Below are positions 60,113 through 64,000 of a stretch of 64,000 nt of DNA, piece by piece; position 1 is the stretch's first letter, and each line of letters starts with the position of its first letter. This DNA comes from Candidatus Campbellbacteria bacterium GW2011_OD1_34_28 (lineage in GTDB: Bacteria; Patescibacteriota; Minisyncoccia; Phycocordibacterales; UBA12079). A program made the position numbers and the translations under genes. Below the pieces are notes generated by a model that was not told the origin of the DNA, did not search any database, and saw nothing but the letters and a program-made list of their open reading frames with translations. The DNA lies in assembly GCA_001029775.1 (NCBI GenBank), contig CP011215.1, positions 618,303 to 682,302 of the forward strand, read 5' to 3'.

Positions 60113-61087
60113 ATGAATACGCACAAACTCGTTCAAATAATAATATTGGTTATTGTTATTGGAATAAATTTCTCTTCTGTTTTAATTTATCTAAAAAGTA
60201 CACAGGTCTCACAAAAAAAAGATTCTCCAGATATTTCTGCAACAGCAACAACAACAGACAACAAAATACAAAACACGGATTCCGAAGATCTGCCTAGCCA
60301 ACAGACAGCAACAAAAACACAGGATAGTAAAACCGATACAACGATACCTCAAAAGAAAGATGTGACGCCTATTTTGGAACCAAAAGAAATTATTCTTCCA
60401 CCAATTAAGGGACCGGCGACAGGAACCAAATCCCCTCTCACAGAAAATGGAATCATCGAAGAAACAAACCTCCGAAGACAACAAAATGGACTTCCTCCAC
60501 TTTCTATCAGTCTAAAGTTGAGCAATTCTGCCGAAAACAAAGTGAACGATATGTTCGTCAAGCAATATTTTGAACATCAATCTCCCACAGGCGAAGGTCC
60601 GAGTGATTTAGCAAATGCAGTGGGCTATGACTATTTATTGGTCGGCGAAAATCTGGCTCTCGGAAATTATGAGAGTGACAAAATATTGGTTGATGCGTGG
60701 ATGAATTCTCCTGGACACAGAGAAAATATTTTAAATCCAAAATACAAAGAAATTGGAGTTGCAATAAGATTTGGCACATACGATGGTTCACAAGTTTGGA
60801 TGGCTGTTCAAGAATTTGGAAGACCTGCATCAGACTGTCCTATTCCTGACGAAATACTAGAAACTAAAATAAATGACGATAAAGATATTGCCACTGAATT
60901 AAAAAATCAAATAACTGTTCTTTACGAAGAAATCAATGCGATGTCACCTAAAAGCGGAGAAACTTACAACGAAAAAGTGAGTGTTTATAATACATTGATA
61001 ATACAATATAATGCTCTCGTCGAAGCTCTCAAAACAATGATTATAAATTATAATGCTCAAGTAGAAGCTTATAGAAGCTGTATATAG
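60113..61087 (+). CDS. CAP/SCP domain protein with C-terminal coiled coil
   Basis: TN..R...GLPPL, YFEH, GENLA, WMNSPGHRENIL. Confidence 0.9.
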   Translation: MNTHKLVQIIILVIVIGINFSSVLIYLKSTQVSQKKDSPDISATATTTDNKIQNTDSEDLPSQQTATKTQDSKTDTTIPQKKDVTPILEPKEIILPPIKGPATGTKSPLTENGIIEETNLRRQQNGLPPLSISLKLSNSAENKVNDMFVKQYFEHQSPTGEGPSDLANAVGYDYLLVGENLALGNYESDKILVDAWMNSPGHRENILNPKYKEIGVAIRFGTYDGSQVWMAVQEFGRPASDCPIPDEILETKINDDKDIATELKNQITVLYEEINAMSPKSGETYNEKVSVYNTLIIQYNALVEALKTMIINYNAQVEAYRSCI

Positions 61088-61099
61088 TATAATAAATAT

Positions 61100-61741
61100 A
61101 TGTCTAATAAATTAACAACAATAATAATTTTAGGAATTGCTATTTTATCTTTCGGGATAGGAGTGTTTTTTTACCCATCTCTGCCACAAACAGTAGCATC
61201 GCATTGGAACTCGCAAGGAATGGTAGACGGTTATATGTCAAAATTTTGGGGAACTTTTCTAACACCAATAATCTTACTATTTATGTACGGAATATATTTT
61301 ATTATCCCTAAAATAGACCCTCTCAAAAACAACATTGCTGGTTTTAGAAAACAATATAATATTTTGATTGCACTAATTTCTGTTTTTCTTTTTTATATTT
61401 TTATCCTTACACTGGCATGGAATCTCGGAAAAGAATTTAATATGAACAATTTTATATTGCCAGCTATGGGTGTGTTTATTTTTTACATGGGACATATATT
61501 AAAATATGCTAAAAGAAACTGGTTTGTCGGAATAAGAACACCATGGACACTATCTAGTGATTATGTCTGGAACAGAACTCATAAAATAGGTGGTTTACTA
61601 TTTAAAATAATTGGTATAATAACCCTATTGGGGATGTTAGTTCCTAACTATGGATTTTATCTAACGATATTTTCTATAATAGGTTCTGTCATCTTCCTGT
61701 TTGTATTTTCGTACATTCTTTATCAAAAACAAAATAATTAA
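61100..61741 (+). CDS. DUF1648/SdpI family immunity-like membrane protein
   Basis: LP..VASHWN..G.VDG; NWFVGIRTPWTLSS..VW..TH. Confidence 0.9.
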   Translation: MSNKLTTIIILGIAILSFGIGVFFYPSLPQTVASHWNSQGMVDGYMSKFWGTFLTPIILLFMYGIYFIIPKIDPLKNNIAGFRKQYNILIALISVFLFYIFILTLAWNLGKEFNMNNFILPAMGVFIFYMGHILKYAKRNWFVGIRTPWTLSSDYVWNRTHKIGGLLFKIIGIITLLGMLVPNYGFYLTIFSIIGSVIFLFVFSYILYQKQNN

Positions 61742-61751
61742 AATTTAAAAT

Positions 61752-62162
61752 ATGGAAATAAAATTTATGTGGGCACCCAATATGTCCGTAAACGACGAAA
61801 TTATTGATGCTCAACACAAAGAGCTTTTAAATCAAATAAATACTCTCCTTGATGTCGTCTTTAATGAAAAAGATATTTCTATCATAAAAGAAACTGTTGA
61901 TTTTCTAGAAAAATATATTCACGGACATTTGGAATACGAAGAAGAATATATGGAGAGACATCTCTACCCCGAGTTATCACACCACAAAGAGATCCACGAT
62001 AAATTTAACCAAAGATACACCGAATTTAAAAAAAGCTTGGAAATATCGGGTCCAACTAAAGAGATGTTTTCTGAAGTAGAAACTTTCTTAGGAAATTGGT
62101 GGATTCACCATATTGGTCACGAAGACAGAAAATATGCTGAATTTATAAAAGAAAATGAATAA
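61752..62162 (+). CDS. Bacteriohemerythrin
   Basis: IDAQHKEL, H...EE.YM, H...H, W..HHI..ED. Confidence 0.9.
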   Translation: MEIKFMWAPNMSVNDEIIDAQHKELLNQINTLLDVVFNEKDISIIKETVDFLEKYIHGHLEYEEEYMERHLYPELSHHKEIHDKFNQRYTEFKKSLEISGPTKEMFSEVETFLGNWWIHHIGHEDRKYAEFIKENE

Positions 62163-62298
62163 AAAATTGTCCGTCATCATGACGGACTTTTTTTAAAAAC
62201 GCCAACTATTTATAAAATATTACAATTAAATCCACGGACTTAACCCTTAATTTAAAAACCTTTGAATTTAAAATGGTTTTTATGATATTATTGTTTTT

Positions 62299-64000
62299 AT
62301 GACTACAAATGAAAAATTTTTAAAACCTTACGAGCCAAAAGAAGTGGAAGAAAAAATTTATAAAACCTGGGAAGAAAGTGGGTTTTTTAATCCTGACAAT
62401 TTGCCAGGCGAAAGAACAGAACAATTTTCTATTGTTCTTCCCCCTCCCAATGTGACAGGAAAATTGCACATTGGACACGCCAATATGCTTGCTATCGAAG
62501 ATACAATTGTACGCTTTCAGAGAATGTTAGGTAAAAAAACATTGTGGCTTCCAGGAACGGATCACGCTGCTATTGCTACTCAGACAAAGGTAGAAAAACT
62601 TTTGGCAAAAGACGGGATAAAAAAGCACGACTTGGGTCGTGACGAATTTTTAAAGAAAGTAAACGAATTTGCTCTTGATTCGCAAAACACAATTATCTCA
62701 CAAACAAAAAGAATGGGGTCGTCTTTGGACTGGTCTCGTTTGGCTTTTACACTGGACGAGCAAAGAAATTTGGCTGTAAAGACTGCTTTCAAAAAAATGT
62801 ATGATGATGGTTTAATTTATAGAGGAGAAAAAGTGGTCAACTGGGATCCAAAAGGTCAGACAGTTATCTCTGATGATGAAATTGTCTACGAAGAAAGAAC
62901 TGCTGTTTTTTATACCTTTAAATATTCTGCCGATTTCCCTATCGCGATTTCTACAACTAGACCTGAAACAAAAGTCGGCGATACTGCTGTTGCAGTTAAT
63001 CCAGACGATGAAAGATACAAAAAATATATTGGACAAACTTTTGAAATTGCAGATTTTTGTGGAACACCTCTTTCTATAAAAATAATTGCTGACTATTCTG
63101 TAGACAAAGAATTTGGAACAGGTGCGTTGGGAGTTACTCCTGCCCACTCAAAAATAGATGAAATGATGGCTATCAAAAACAATCTACCAATGAAAAAAGT
63201 CATCAACGAATACGCTAAAATTGAAAATGCGGGTGATATTTTGAATGGCAAAAAAGTTGGTGAGGCAAAAGAAATTATCGTTAATTGGCTTAAAGAAAAC
63301 AATTTGATGATAGAAGAAGAAGAAACACAACAAAATGTTTCAACTGCTGAGAGAACAGGCGCAGTCATAGAACCATTACCAAAACTACAGTGGTTTATTG
63401 ATGTGAATAAAAAATTTAAACTTCCCCACTCTAATCTAAAAGGTATCAAAGCGGGCGATGAAGTTAGTTTGAAAGATTTGATGAAATATGCAGTTGAGTC
63501 TAGCGAAATACAAATACTTCCAGACAGATTTAACAAAATTTATTATCACTGGATTGAAAACCTTCGTGATTGGTGTATATCAAGACAAATTTGGTATGGA
63601 CATCGCATACCAGTATGGTATGCGAGTGACAAGTTACAAGTAACAAGTAACAAGAAAGACGAGATTTATGTTGGAGTTGATGCCCCAGAAGGAGACGATT
63701 GGATCCAGGATTCAGACACGCTAGACACTTGGTTTTCTTCAGGTCTTTGGACATTTTCTACTTTGGGTTGGCCAAATGAAACGAATGATTTAAAACTTTA
63801 TCACCCAACCGACTTGTTGGAAACAGGACACGATATTTTATTTTTCTGGGTAGCTAGAATGATTTTGATGACGACATATCTGACAGGAGAAATACCTTTT
63901 AAAACTGTTTATCTGCACGGGCTTGTTCGTGATGAAAAAAATAGAAAGTTTTCAAAGTCTCTTGGCAACGCGATAGACCCCTTGGATATAATAGAAAAAT
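62299..64000 (+). CDS. valS: Valine--tRNA ligase, 5' part (runs off the window)
   Basis: PPPNVTGKLHIGHA, PGTDHAAIATQ, DWCISRQIWYGHRIP, DTWFSSGLW, KFSKS. Confidence 0.96.
   Translation, partial: MTTNEKFLKPYEPKEVEEKIYKTWEESGFFNPDNLPGERTEQFSIVLPPPNVTGKLHIGHANMLAIEDTIVRFQRMLGKKTLWLPGTDHAAIATQTKVEKLLAKDGIKKHDLGRDEFLKKVNEFALDSQNTIISQTKRMGSSLDWSRLAFTLDEQRNLAVKTAFKKMYDDGLIYRGEKVVNWDPKGQTVISDDEIVYEERTAVFYTFKYSADFPIAISTTRPETKVGDTAVAVNPDDERYKKYIGQTFEIADFCGTPLSIKIIADYSVDKEFGTGALGVTPAHSKIDEMMAIKNNLPMKKVINEYAKIENAGDILNGKKVGEAKEIIVNWLKENNLMIEEEETQQNVSTAERTGAVIEPLPKLQWFIDVNKKFKLPHSNLKGIKAGDEVSLKDLMKYAVESSEIQILPDRFNKIYYHWIENLRDWCISRQIWYGHRIPVWYASDKLQVTSNKKDEIYVGVDAPEGDDWIQDSDTLDTWFSSGLWTFSTLGWPNETNDLKLYHPTDLLETGHDILFFWVARMILMTTYLTGEIPFKTVYLHGLVRDEKNRKFSKSLGNAIDPLDIIEK

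Overview
AT-rich bacterial chromosome segment using the standard genetic code (TGA serves as a stop). Compact uvrA/uvrC/holB, a wHTH/PaaX-Cas2-like gene, many short-leader genes and an absence of biosynthetic operons suggest a Patescibacteria/CPR (Parcubacteria-like) genome; this is inference. Housekeeping genes include leuS, ychF, parB, holB-like, mreB, murA, tgt, def, fmt, hpf, uvrBAC, typA, a DEAD-box helicase, csp and the 5' part of valS, plus tRNA-Ala(TGC), tRNA-Leu(CAA) and tRNA-Asn(GTT). They are interleaved with single orphan ORFs, a SipW/TasA-like surface-fibre operon and a cluster of cell-wall peptidases. The most unusual signals are non-coding. (1) A family of long palindromes with an invariant CG-AC-CG centre brackets the PaaX/Cas2-like gene and an orphan gene. 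(2) A probable ~160-nt RNA made of four consecutive UUCG hairpins lies among DnaA boxes. (3) A conserved structured module is joined at the T-loop position to duplicated 3' ends of two different tRNAs. (4) There are several MITE-like and heptamer-repeat families. No CRISPR array, rRNA, transposase or integrase gene was recognised.
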